From: an uncultured virus (IMG/VR IMGVR_UViG_3300035214_000047)
Taxonomy: Duplodnaviria > Heunggongvirae > Uroviricota > Caudoviricetes
DNA: 64,000 nucleotides
Direction: 5' to 3' (one strand)
Virus record (IMG/VR): IMGVR_UViG_3300035214_000047
The translations under genes were made by a program, and so were the position numbers. Position 1 is the stretch's first letter, and each line of letters starts with the position of its first letter. Shown one piece after another: positions 19,620 to 29,243 of this stretch. Under the pieces are notes generated by a model. That model was given only the letters and a program-made list of their open reading frames with translations, searched no databases and was not told where the DNA came from.

Positions 19620-21251
19620 CTATTGACCTTTACGAACAACAGGATGCCATACGGTTCCATATTCATCAACGGTTGGCTCATCTTCTTCCTTTGTTACACC
19701 ATCATCTACAAAACCAAATGGTGCCATATCTTGTTCTATTAGCTTTTCTTGCTCTTTATACATTTCTGCTCGTATGTTTCTATCTGTTAATTCTTTAAAA
19801 TACTTCTGATTAGCAACCCAACCAAGTATAAGCAAACAAGTCATATAATCGTCATTACAACCTTCTTCTGCCTGCCAAGATTGATTTTTTTGTATATAAG
19901 TAGACATTTCTTCAATAATATTAAAGTCATTTATAACTAACTTGTCTCCTTCAATGATTGACTTAATATTAGAAGTACCTATTTTCTTAACCTGTTTAGT
20001 TGTACGAATACCTAATTGTGAACCTCTAGCACTAAACATAGCACCAAGTATTTGTCCTGCTCTTCCTTTTTGTGTAGTCATTAATATATTTGGATATTCA
20101 ATCTCAAAATGTAAACCATCTGAAATTTGAGCACCTATATCATTTACTTCAACAAGTATATGTGCCTCATTATATTGTTTACATACTTTAGCAATTGTTT
20201 CTGGAAATAATATTGGTTTAATTTCATTATCTCTAAATGTAGCAACTACTCTATAAGGTAAATTGGTTACATCAAAAATAATAAATGCTGAATAATCTTT
20301 TAAAGTACCTCTAGCAACATCAACCGTAGACAAGTATGTGTTTCCCTTAACTGGTTTCTCAAAAATACTTAACCTGCCGTTTGTATGTATAGGTGTAATA
20401 TAAGGTGTCGCTTTTATTTTAGCAGGTGAAATTAATGTATTAACAGAACCTAAAAATTCACACTCAAATTCTGAACTGAATTGAGCTTCCGAGGTATTTC
20501 TAATCGTCTCCTCTTTCCATTTGGCGTCTCGGCCTGGTACTTCTGACCAATGTACTTCAACAGGTACATAATCATTTTGTCCATTTTCAGCGTCTATCCA
20601 TAATTTATAAAATTGATTCATACCGTGAGGTGTTGAAACTATAATTACTTTAGTTGTCTTACCAGAAGTAATAGTAGGATAAACAGAACTAAAAAATTGT
20701 TCGGCAATAGTAGTAGGTACGAAAGCAAACTCATCAAGGAAGATTATATTATAAGAACCTCCCCTTACTGCTGATGATGAAGTAGCAGCCGCTACTATTT
20801 TACTTCCATTTTCTAATTCAATATTACCTTTATTCCAATTCAATACACCTTGTTGTAACCAACTAGGTAAGTTCTCATAAGCAAGTTGTAGTCTTCCTAA
20901 TATATCTCTAGCAGTTGAAGATTTATTAGCAAGAATTGCAATATTAGAATTTGGATTAAACATTGCATAATGTAAAAGATAAGAAATAATAGTTGTAGAT
21001 TTTCCACTTTGTCTAGGCAACTTATAAATTGAAAACCTATTATTGTGCATAGTATTAAGCATTTTATCTTGGAACTTATAAGTGTTAAAAGGTATTAAAC
21101 CTTCATCAAGGGATACAATCTTTACATAATTTTTAATAAAATATGTTGGACTTGCAGAACACTTTTTAAATTCTAAAACCTGTTCTTCTGTAAACTCAAC
21201 AGCTGTACCTACTTTTTTTAAATTCGGGTTTCCAAGATAAGTATTATCCAT
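19620..21251 (-). CDS. gp17: Terminase large subunit gp17
   Basis: YLGNPNLK, PRQSGKST, IFLDEFAF, STPHGMNQFY, nuclease acidic residues (DVARG, NDD). Confidence 0.98.
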   Translation of the reverse strand: MDNTYLGNPNLKKVGTAVEFTEEQVLEFKKCSASPTYFIKNYVKIVSLDEGLIPFNTYKFQDKMLNTMHNNRFSIYKLPRQSGKSTTIISYLLHYAMFNPNSNIAILANKSSTARDILGRLQLAYENLPSWLQQGVLNWNKGNIELENGSKIVAAATSSSAVRGGSYNIIFLDEFAFVPTTIAEQFFSSVYPTITSGKTTKVIIVSTPHGMNQFYKLWIDAENGQNDYVPVEVHWSEVPGRDAKWKEETIRNTSEAQFSSEFECEFLGSVNTLISPAKIKATPYITPIHTNGRLSIFEKPVKGNTYLSTVDVARGTLKDYSAFIIFDVTNLPYRVVATFRDNEIKPILFPETIAKVCKQYNEAHILVEVNDIGAQISDGLHFEIEYPNILMTTQKGRAGQILGAMFSARGSQLGIRTTKQVKKIGTSNIKSIIEGDKLVINDFNIIEEMSTYIQKNQSWQAEEGCNDDYMTCLLILGWVANQKYFKELTDRNIRAEMYKEQEKLIEQDMAPFGFVDDGVTKEEDEPTVDEYGTVWHPVVRKGQ

Positions 21252-21714
21252 CTTTTTTCTCTTTGTCGTCTTCTACTATCGTAGCGTTTTTAATTTTATC
21301 TTTATTTAACATCTTTTGCAACTCGGTAGTACTCCCAACAAATAAAGCATTTTTAATATTAGCAGTAGTCTTATTAGGCAACTCTTTTAGTCTTGCTAAT
21401 TTTGCTTGTAAGTCGTGTAATTTATCAACGGTATCTGCTACATTTTTAATTAATGCACCTGCAACTTCATATGCTCTAGGATGTTGTCCTTCTTTTGCAA
21501 CATCTAATATACCTTGAATAGCGTCTTGTCCTCTTTCAATTAAACTATAATAGTTCTCTCTACTATATTTGTAATCATTTTCTACATCATCTTTCTTTGG
21601 ATCCTCTACTCTAGGTACAGGAACCTTTTTCTCTTGTACCATTAATTCAGCAACAGGAGTACTTTCTTCTTTGATACCTAAAATATCATTTACTTTATCT
21701 TCTAATCTTCCCAT
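21244..21714 (-). CDS. gp16: Terminase small subunit gp16
   Basis: DYKYSRENYY, HPRAYEVAG, NALFVGSTTELQKML. Confidence 0.93.
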   Translation of the reverse strand: MGRLEDKVNDILGIKEESTPVAELMVQEKKVPVPRVEDPKKDDVENDYKYSRENYYSLIERGQDAIQGILDVAKEGQHPRAYEVAGALIKNVADTVDKLHDLQAKLARLKELPNKTTANIKNALFVGSTTELQKMLNKDKIKNATIVEDDKEKKDG

Positions 21715-22394
21715 TAGTCTTTACCTTCTATACTAGTTCCTTTAAAAGGATCCTTTCTTGTATCTCTATTATCTTCACTATAATTTTCCAATAAAGAAAA
21801 ATTACAATTTAAAACAACTCTCATATCATTTTTTATTGGATTACTACTTGCGTGAAATCTATTTCCTTTAAACATAACGCACCTATTTTGTTTTGGTTCT
21901 ATTCGTTTATGTATAGTTAGTTTTTCTGGTTTCTCTAGTTTATCAGGATCAAAAGATTCATTAAACAATACGGTGTCGCCATCACTATTCATTGGATAAT
22001 AAAGTAAAACAAAATGTCGTGCCATTTCTTCATCATCAATGTGTGGTGTATTATAGTTACCTTCTTTAAATCTTGGATGTGGTTGTATCATATTAAATTT
22101 TAATCTTAATATCTTATCTACCTTATAACCAAAACCTTCAACCATCATATTCAAAGCATATTTAATTGGTTCGTATCCTGGATTAACAACTGCTCTTTGG
22201 TCGGCGTGATTAAAGACTCGGTGCACCATTTGAATAGTATTAAATGTATTATCATCTTTGACAATACTTGGTTTATCCATTTGTGTTGGTAATATATCTT
22301 GTGCTATTATATATCCAAGTCTGTGTATATTTTGATAAAAACTATTGGCTAGTTGTTCTGGTAAAGCATTGTCTTTGACTAATACATTGTTCAT
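21714..22394 (-). CDS. 2OG-Fe(II) oxygenase
   Basis: PHID..LYY..SDGDT..FHASS.P...R.VLN (HxD...H...R). Confidence 0.85.
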   Translation of the reverse strand: MNNVLVKDNALPEQLANSFYQNIHRLGYIIAQDILPTQMDKPSIVKDDNTFNTIQMVHRVFNHADQRAVVNPGYEPIKYALNMMVEGFGYKVDKILRLKFNMIQPHPRFKEGNYNTPHIDDEEMARHFVLLYYPMNSDGDTVLFNESFDPDKLEKPEKLTIHKRIEPKQNRCVMFKGNRFHASSNPIKNDMRVVLNCNFSLLENYSEDNRDTRKDPFKGTSIEGKD

Positions 22395-22408
22395 TATGTC
22401 CTCTCATA

Positions 22409-23221
22409 TTATGAATCACTTCCTGTCGTAGGATTAAATTTCTTACCATCTTCAAAAAATGATATAGTTGTTGTAAACCCAAAGTCGTCTCCTGAATTTG
22501 CTGTAGATGGATTTGGTGTAATTACTATTCTTTCTTCTCTTGCTTTAGTGTCAAAATTTGTTCCTAAATCTGATTGTACTTTTCTAACAATACCAGCAGT
22601 TGTTGCAGGTCCGTATAGATAAGTTTTAGCAGTAAAACTAATTGTATAAATTACTGCTCTTCTAGTTTCAAAGTTTCCATCATAACTATCTTCATAATCT
22701 ACATTTCCAATTATGATTGGAACATCACGCTTAATACCCATACTAGGTACCATATTAATTGTAACCGTATAATCTGGTTGAAAGTATGGTACTATTTGTT
22801 CAACTATCTGTAATCCATTTTCAGCAGTTGCTGTAAATATAAACAATTTATAATCTATATCATATGGAACTGGAGTATAATTAAAAACCATTTTGTTTTT
22901 TTGGTCATCAGCAGTACCATCTGTTTTTGGCATCCTAGTTTTTTGTAATTTATTTAATTTTCTACTAGGGTCATATTTTATACCAGATATTTCAAACCCC
23001 ATACGAGGTAGTACCGTTGCGAATTGTTTATCAGTTAAATCACCTTGTTGAGTTAATCTAACTAAAAACTTTTCTTTTGGTGCATATGCTAATGGCACCG
23101 TAAATCTTTTAACAACTGAATTATTTGCGTCTTTAGTTTGTACTACAATATTATTAAAAATTTGACCAAACGCAATAGTCAATCTTCTCATACCTTCGTT
23201 ATAAAAATGTGTACCGAACAT
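22409..23221 (-). CDS. gp15: Tail sheath stabilizer / completion protein gp15
   Basis: FGQIFNNI, VPLAYAPKEKF, LPRMGFE, QIVEQIVPYFQP. Confidence 0.95.
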   Translation of the reverse strand: MFGTHFYNEGMRRLTIAFGQIFNNIVVQTKDANNSVVKRFTVPLAYAPKEKFLVRLTQQGDLTDKQFATVLPRMGFEISGIKYDPSRKLNKLQKTRMPKTDGTADDQKNKMVFNYTPVPYDIDYKLFIFTATAENGLQIVEQIVPYFQPDYTVTINMVPSMGIKRDVPIIIGNVDYEDSYDGNFETRRAVIYTISFTAKTYLYGPATTAGIVRKVQSDLGTNFDTKAREERIVITPNPSTANSGDDFGFTTTISFFEDGKKFNPTTGSDS

Positions 23222-24060
23222 TATCTAACCTCTCCAAATGGATTTGTTTCTGTAAAGTCTAATATATCATCAGCAACCGTAGCAGTATCAAACCCAGCAG
23301 CTGTATCTAAATCTAAATTATCAGCGTAAGCAGATTTTGTTTGTATATCTGTAGCGGCGTCTCCATCAGTTGTAGTATCATCATATTCTTCTTGTATTAT
23401 ATATTGTGGATTACCATATGCGTCTCCTGTTTCTAATTGTAACATACCAGTATAAGAAGTTTCGTTTAGTGTACCATCTTCAAGTCTAAACTGATATTGT
23501 AAACTTGTATCAAGCGATTTTCTATCATCTGCTTGGTCAATATCAGGATGTCCAGTATTAAATTCTTCTGAGCTGTATTCAAAAGTTTTACATCTTAATT
23601 TGTATACAGGTAAACTTCCTAATTGAAAGAAAGGTTCCTGGTCTTCAACGAAAGCAATTTCAAAAAACTTGTTCATTAAAGGATAGTAAATTATATCACC
23701 TTCATTAGGTCTACCATCTACTACTAAATTTGCTGAGTCGTCAACTTGTTCTTGGTATCTTCTTTTTGCAACAACAAAAGTTGTATCGTCTCTAATTTCC
23801 ATTCCAAATTTAGAAATAATCTCTTGTTCTCCAGCAAAACCTTCAACCGTTTCAAAATACATTTCAACCAAATAACTTTCATCAAACCTAGACGCAGAAT
23901 CTTCACCAAGAATTAAATCTCTATTAACTAGAGTTCTCGGTAAATAATAAACAGCGTGTCCATAGATTTTTAAATTTTCTACGATTAAATCTTCTATTAA
24001 TCTTTTCTCACTTTGACTACCTATGCCATCGCCGCCTTGAAAATAATGATTAACGGCCAT
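23221..24060 (-). CDS. gp14: Neck protein gp14
   Basis: YYLPR, SKFGMEIRD, RPNEGDIIY, PFFQLG. Confidence 0.95.
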   Translation of the reverse strand: MAVNHYFQGGDGIGSQSEKRLIEDLIVENLKIYGHAVYYLPRTLVNRDLILGEDSASRFDESYLVEMYFETVEGFAGEQEIISKFGMEIRDDTTFVVAKRRYQEQVDDSANLVVDGRPNEGDIIYYPLMNKFFEIAFVEDQEPFFQLGSLPVYKLRCKTFEYSSEEFNTGHPDIDQADDRKSLDTSLQYQFRLEDGTLNETSYTGMLQLETGDAYGNPQYIIQEEYDDTTTDGDAATDIQTKSAYADNLDLDTAAGFDTATVADDILDFTETNPFGEVR

Positions 24061-24067
24061 TTGATTT

Positions 24068-24871
24068 TTATCCTATCATTAATGCTGGGTGTTCTTGTAA
24101 ACTCTTCATTTCTTCCTCTAACTTTTCTATATCGGATAATGCTTGAGTGTAAATTTCTTCACCCTTTAAAGTTACTCCACCTATCATTGCTACCCCAGCG
24201 AATTTAGATAAGTTAGAACCCCATTGTTTTTTAAATAAAGCAGTTACATATCGTTTTAACCAAATATCATTATAGACATCTGTATATGTGTCTGGATCTA
24301 ATTTACGCCAACAATCTATAACTAGATATTCACCAACTTGTAAATCGTTTTTCCAATCCATATCAATGTATAATCTATTGTCGTGTTGATTAAATCTTAA
24401 TGGTTTTTCACCAACCAATATATGGTCTAGGAAATCTAGTTGTCTCATTACTATGTCATAGTTAACAACAGAAGTTGATGAGAAATCATATAGGTCATTT
24501 AATCTTAATTGGTATCTAACATCAAATAGATTTAAATTACCTTTGTTTGAGAAAGGAAATATATTTGTAACCGCAAATACGGTTTCAGGTACTATAATAT
24601 AATTATTACCTTCTTTCCAGGTACTAGTTACAGAATTTTTTGTTGCGCCTTCGGTACCATCTGCTAAAATTCTATTTTGGTCTGCTTGAGTATACTGATA
24701 TTTTAAATATGTTCTTCTGATTCCATCATAGTGATATTGTGAATAGTATTGTACTGCTTCATCTACTCTATCATCTAGTTGGTCATCATCTACATTTATC
24801 TCTATAACAGGATGTCCTAATGCTCTTTTAGCATAAGATATTAATGTTTGTCTCGTATTTGGAGTTGCCAT
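24068..24871 (-). CDS. gp13: Neck protein gp13
   Basis: RALGHPVIEINVDDDQ, WLKRYVTALFKKQWGSNLSKF. Confidence 0.95.
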   Translation of the reverse strand: MATPNTRQTLISYAKRALGHPVIEINVDDDQLDDRVDEAVQYYSQYHYDGIRRTYLKYQYTQADQNRILADGTEGATKNSVTSTWKEGNNYIIVPETVFAVTNIFPFSNKGNLNLFDVRYQLRLNDLYDFSSTSVVNYDIVMRQLDFLDHILVGEKPLRFNQHDNRLYIDMDWKNDLQVGEYLVIDCWRKLDPDTYTDVYNDIWLKRYVTALFKKQWGSNLSKFAGVAMIGGVTLKGEEIYTQALSDIEKLEEEMKSLQEHPALMIG

Positions 24872-24896
24872 AGTTATTTCCTTTTATCTTCTGCTA

Positions 24897-24904
24897 TATT
24901 TATA
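24897..24904 (-). promoter_or_regulatory. T4-type late promoter
   Basis: TATAAATA upstream of gp13. Confidence 0.75.
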
Positions 24905-24906
24905 AT

Positions 24907-25515
24907 TTATTGGTAGTCATTTGTTATCCATTTGACATTATCTTCAATCGTTGCTTTATATCTATTTTGAGTGTCTTCTATTTCCTGTGTATTTTGTACT
25001 TCTTTATCATATCTTCTTAATAGTGTAAAGTAAACACCTAGATTGCATTCTACTAAACTCAAAGCATTCATAAGTTCGCTTTCTTTTGTTATATTAGTAG
25101 CAGCTATTACATTAGGACTATAAATTTTAGTTGCCCAATCAGGTAACTCTCTTACTTTAGATGGTGTATATCCCTTTACTTCTTTAGCAAACCAAGGAAC
25201 CATAGAGTGGTCTTTCTGTACTGGAGTAAAATCGTGGAAGACATCAACTCTTTTTGTAGTCGCACATATACTTAATCCGTAAATAGGACTATTATATTTT
25301 GGAAATACACAACAATGAAGCATATAGAATCCTTTTGTTTCTTTTTCGTCAACAACCTTTAATTGACATCTTCTTGCTTCTGGTGTTTTCCATACTCCTT
25401 TACCAATCCATTTACCTTCTCTTTTAAAAATTGCTTGAATATGTGTAGTTACACCTTCTACCATTTCCCATATTCTATTTCGCTGATAGTAAGCCATCGC
25501 CAAACCTCTTTTCAT
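24907..25515 (-). CDS. Ferredoxin-dependent bilin reductase-like protein (PcyX/PcyA family), divergent
   Basis: MLHCCVFP..PIYG, FHDFTP, RELPDWA.IYS; next to a heme oxygenase; the start may be the ATG at 25497. Confidence 0.8.
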   Translation of the reverse strand: MKRGLAMAYYQRNRIWEMVEGVTTHIQAIFKREGKWIGKGVWKTPEARRCQLKVVDEKETKGFYMLHCCVFPKYNSPIYGLSICATTKRVDVFHDFTPVQKDHSMVPWFAKEVKGYTPSKVRELPDWATKIYSPNVIAATNITKESELMNALSLVECNLGVYFTLLRRYDKEVQNTQEIEDTQNRYKATIEDNVKWITNDYQ

Positions 25516-26140
25516 TATCTTTTATAAATTTTTGCATATCCTTAAATAGTTCTGTTGCAAATCCAAAACACATTCTTGCTTCATAAACAACACTATTAAT
25601 ATTTTCAGTTAAAGTACTTTGGTCTGAATATTTTTGATAACTATTTACTTTTACTTTTAATGCTTCTTCTAATTCTTTAATATTTTTATACAATTGTCTT
25701 CTTCCTTCAACATATCTAATATTAAAATTATAATATGTTCCTTGACCTGGTACTTTTGATTTTATCATTTGACCACCAGATAAATCTCCCATATGTCTTA
25801 CATAAATGTGAGCAGCTATCTTATCAGGATTATCCATTAAATTTTCATTACAATGGTCCAAATATTTCTTTGTAGAAGTCATCATTGCAGGTTGCCATTT
25901 ATATGTCCACAATTCATCAAAGTCTGCTTTAATAAATTTTGCTCTTCGCAATTCAGGCATATCATCAAGGATACCTTCTGACATTGCTAATGATTCTACT
26001 ATATTATAACATTGATGTTGATTGAAAAGATAGACAGCATAAATCTCTGGATTTATTTTACCTGACATAAGAGTTTTTACAAAATGTTGTCTTTCAGCTT
26101 CTTTATGATGTTCCCAAGTAAGTTCCTTTAATGTTTTCAT
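25475..26140 (-). CDS. Heme oxygenase
   Basis: Proximal His helix LKELTWEHHKEAE and distal AHIYVRHMGDLSGGQ motif. Confidence 0.92.
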   Translation of the reverse strand: MKTLKELTWEHHKEAERQHFVKTLMSGKINPEIYAVYLFNQHQCYNIVESLAMSEGILDDMPELRRAKFIKADFDELWTYKWQPAMMTSTKKYLDHCNENLMDNPDKIAAHIYVRHMGDLSGGQMIKSKVPGQGTYYNFNIRYVEGRRQLYKNIKELEEALKVKVNSYQKYSDQSTLTENINSVVYEARMCFGFATELFKDMQKFIKDNEKRFGDGLLSAK

Positions 26141-26943
26141 CTTTTAGGAGCGTCTTCAAATTTCTTATCTGTTTCTTTTTTCTTTAGTTCTTCTTGTTTT
26201 AAATCTTCTTCAACATACTCTTTATATTCTTCTGGTAAATCATCAATATTCATTTCTTTCATAGTAACCGCATTTTTCATTAATTCTGCTCTTACTTTCA
26301 TATCTTCTGTTTCGTCTCTATTACCAGCAGACATATCATTTTTACCAGACTTATCTTCCATTATTTCTTTTGCACCAACTTTAAATAGATTAATTCTAGG
26401 TAACACTTCATCCATATATTCTTTATGTGCTTCTAAATCCCATACTAAACTTTGTTTAAAATCCCAAGATGTTTTAATCTCAGCTAACATTTCATCTTTA
26501 TGGTCTTTGTAATATTCGTTAAATTTTGTTTCTAACTTTTCATATAATACAGAAGATTTTTGATGTTTATGTATCTCGCTATGAGTAGCGTATAGGTGAG
26601 AAATTATTTTGTGTGGTATGTCTTTAATAGAATTTATATGTTCAACCCAATTTTGAGTTGCATACATCATTGATGGTTGTACCCAAGGCTTACTAACATC
26701 ATCAGCCTCATAAGGCCATTCTTGTTTCCAAGCTTCGTTTAATTTGTTTTGTATTAGTACTTCGGGAGAGTCTTTAGTATATTCACTACAAAGATTTTCT
26801 ATTGATGATATAATCAACGATTGATTATAGAGAAAAGTTGCCTTTACCTCTCTAATTAATTTGTTGTTTATATATTCTTCTATGAATGGTAAGGCGTCAT
26901 ATACTTTACGAGCCTTGTCTATAAAGGTTTCTAGGTCTTTCAT
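26137..26943 (-). CDS. Degenerate heme oxygenase-like protein
   Basis: Aligns by eye with the neighbour (ATQNWVEHI..PHKIISHLYATH versus STKKYLDHC..PDKIAAHIYVRH) but lacks the catalytic motifs. Confidence 0.55.
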   Translation of the reverse strand: MKDLETFIDKARKVYDALPFIEEYINNKLIREVKATFLYNQSLIISSIENLCSEYTKDSPEVLIQNKLNEAWKQEWPYEADDVSKPWVQPSMMYATQNWVEHINSIKDIPHKIISHLYATHSEIHKHQKSSVLYEKLETKFNEYYKDHKDEMLAEIKTSWDFKQSLVWDLEAHKEYMDEVLPRINLFKVGAKEIMEDKSGKNDMSAGNRDETEDMKVRAELMKNAVTMKEMNIDDLPEEYKEYVEEDLKQEELKKKETDKKFEDAPKR

Positions 26944-26969
26944 TTTTCACTCCAAGTTTTTTATATAGT

Positions 26970-26985
26970 GACCTGTTAACAGGTC
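26970..26985. promoter_or_regulatory. Perfect 16-bp palindrome GACCTGTTAACAGGTC in the operon leader
   Basis: Self-complementary; lies between the late promoter and the start codon at 26943. Confidence 0.6.
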
Positions 26986-26996
26986 TATAATATAGT

Positions 26997-27004
26997 TATT
27001 TATA
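26997..27004 (-). promoter_or_regulatory. T4-type late promoter
   Basis: TATAAATA upstream of the heme oxygenase operon. Confidence 0.7.
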
Positions 27005-27014
27005 TTGTTGTTTA

Positions 27015-29213
27015 TTAGTCTCTAGGACCCAAGTGGAAGAAGTATTGTGTTTGGTTACTAGCAGCACCTTCACTATAATAATCATAGTGTTGAGTTACTG
27101 AAGTACTTCCATCATAACCAGTCCAGTATACTTGACCTCTTTGGTTAATAGCTCTTGGTATATTTGAAGAACTAGTTCCTGAATAGAATAAATCTGTCCA
27201 TCTATGACCACCTGAAGGTTGGAATACAATTCTTTTTCTTGTTCTAAACATTTCATTGTCTTCCATAGCACCTTGCGTGTCATTACGACCACCATTATTC
27301 CAATGTTCTTCATTTGAAGACGGACCACCAAGTCCTTGTTCTTCATTACTATATGGAGAACCACCCCATATTAATCCTTCGTCATCAAGTATCATTGGGA
27401 AAGAGTAAGTATAAGTTCCATCACCTCTATTTTGTCCAACATCACATACATTGACAGCCCATTTAGGACCTTTTTGATGTATAAAGCTTCCTGGATGTCC
27501 ACCAGAAAAATAAGTGTATGCGTTGTTTTCTACTGATTGTCCACGACCACCATAAGTTCCATAGTTTCCATCGTGTACCCATAACATACCTGTTGATTTT
27601 TGTCTTATATACAACCATTTTTCTTCATCGCCACCGCACCAGAAGAAATCTATATCACCGTTTATAAAGTGACCTTCTCTTCTAAATGAACCAATGTGAT
27701 GAGTTGTTGTTAATCCTGGAGAACCAATTGGCCAGTTACCAGAAGTCGTATAACCTGTGAACCACATATATCCTTCACCATCTAAAATGTGTGTAGAGTG
27801 TTGGTCACCGTTAGAGTGAGTAGTTCTATATAATTTAATTCCACCGTATCTATTCCAGTTAATTCCAACTCTATAAGGTACCGTATAGTAATGAGATCCA
27901 ACTCTATTACCTAATCCTAATTCACCGTAAATATTGTGACCCCAAGCCCATAATTGTCCTGTGTCATCTAAAGCGTGCCAATAAGCATTCTGTGAACCAG
28001 AAGCCCACATATCTACAATTCTTCGTCCATCAAAATATGATTGTGGTAATCTTACTGGTCTTGGTATGTTTACAGAATAGAAAGCAGTTGAAGTTGGTCC
28101 GCCAACAGCGTCAGCAAGAGCATTAATTCCTGGATTACCTAGTCCAAGTTGACCTTCATTATTGTATCCCCATACCCATACTGAACCATCGGAACCGAGT
28201 GCGTATTGTGAACAAGTTGTTCCTTGGTCTTTTGCTTCGTCTGAAAATCCAACTTTAACCATTCTAGTTTGATTGAAAGTTTTTCCAATTGTATTTCCTT
28301 GCCAGTCTTGTGTATCTGTTGCAGTACATCTTACAGCATAAGGTCTATCTGTAGTTTCAGAATTTCCTAAATTGTAATTTCCATTATTACCAGCAGCATA
28401 TACTTCACCATTATTCATTAACCACATTGTTCTTTGATAATTATGTGCTATTTGTATTACTCTTGGTGCTTTACCGTCAGGAGTTGTCATCCTTCCAGTC
28501 GCATTAATATTCCAATTTTGATTATCTGTAGAAGCCATCCAATCTGTAAATGTGAAACCTGTTGACATATGTTTTGCAGGTTCGTCATTTCCAGCAGTAC
28601 CTTCTCCTAATCCAGAACATTGGGATGAGTCAGAAGAACCAACCCACATATCAGAACCATCTGAGCATATTGTAGCAGTTCTATATGATTGGTCAGCACA
28701 ACCAGTGTGTGAAACTCCCATATTGTATCTCCAACCTAACGGAGCACGGTTGTTAAATGATACAACTTCGTTTCTAGTACACCACTTGTTTTCATTAACA
28801 TATATTAATGTCCAATATTTTGATGGTCTTCCATCGTGTTCTTCTACCCAAGTATTACAATATCTTGTTCTTTGTAAACATAGATAAATTTTGTCAGCAA
28901 CTTTAACCATTTCGCCTCTTTCATATTGTCTCCAATATTGCCAAGTTTCAATGTTATCGTTACCTGCTAATAGTAATGTCCAATATCTTCTATTATCTGG
29001 TCTGTAACTTCTTTTGACTAGCGTTGGTTGATAATTACCATACGAATTAGTATTTTGTGGAGCTTCAGAAGAAATTGTATAGTGAGTAGGTGTATCTTCT
29101 ATACATCTATAACTTTTACCTCTCCAATAAACCACATCATTTTTATCGTAAGATTCTTTATCTTTCCAAGAGCCTTTCCAGGTTACTTTAAAATTTTTAA
29201 TATCTAATGCCAT
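27015..29213 (-). CDS. RCC1/BLIP-II-repeat beta-propeller virion protein
   Basis: Repeats GEVYAAGNNGNYNLG, GSVWVWGYNNEGQLG, GQLWAWGHNIYGELG; N-terminal WKGSW..Y.KNDVV module. Confidence 0.8.
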   Translation of the reverse strand: MALDIKNFKVTWKGSWKDKESYDKNDVVYWRGKSYRCIEDTPTHYTISSEAPQNTNSYGNYQPTLVKRSYRPDNRRYWTLLLAGNDNIETWQYWRQYERGEMVKVADKIYLCLQRTRYCNTWVEEHDGRPSKYWTLIYVNENKWCTRNEVVSFNNRAPLGWRYNMGVSHTGCADQSYRTATICSDGSDMWVGSSDSSQCSGLGEGTAGNDEPAKHMSTGFTFTDWMASTDNQNWNINATGRMTTPDGKAPRVIQIAHNYQRTMWLMNNGEVYAAGNNGNYNLGNSETTDRPYAVRCTATDTQDWQGNTIGKTFNQTRMVKVGFSDEAKDQGTTCSQYALGSDGSVWVWGYNNEGQLGLGNPGINALADAVGGPTSTAFYSVNIPRPVRLPQSYFDGRRIVDMWASGSQNAYWHALDDTGQLWAWGHNIYGELGLGNRVGSHYYTVPYRVGINWNRYGGIKLYRTTHSNGDQHSTHILDGEGYMWFTGYTTSGNWPIGSPGLTTTHHIGSFRREGHFINGDIDFFWCGGDEEKWLYIRQKSTGMLWVHDGNYGTYGGRGQSVENNAYTYFSGGHPGSFIHQKGPKWAVNVCDVGQNRGDGTYTYSFPMILDDEGLIWGGSPYSNEEQGLGGPSSNEEHWNNGGRNDTQGAMEDNEMFRTRKRIVFQPSGGHRWTDLFYSGTSSSNIPRAINQRGQVYWTGYDGSTSVTQHYDYYSEGAASNQTQYFFHLGPRD

Positions 29214-29243
29214 TTACTATTACCTATTTTCTAAATTTATTAA

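Noticed and set aside
3744..21251. Inteins, introns or homing endonucleases in gp46, uvsW, gp20, gp23 or gp17
   Set aside because: Protein lengths and motif spacing look normal; no splice or endonuclease motifs seen
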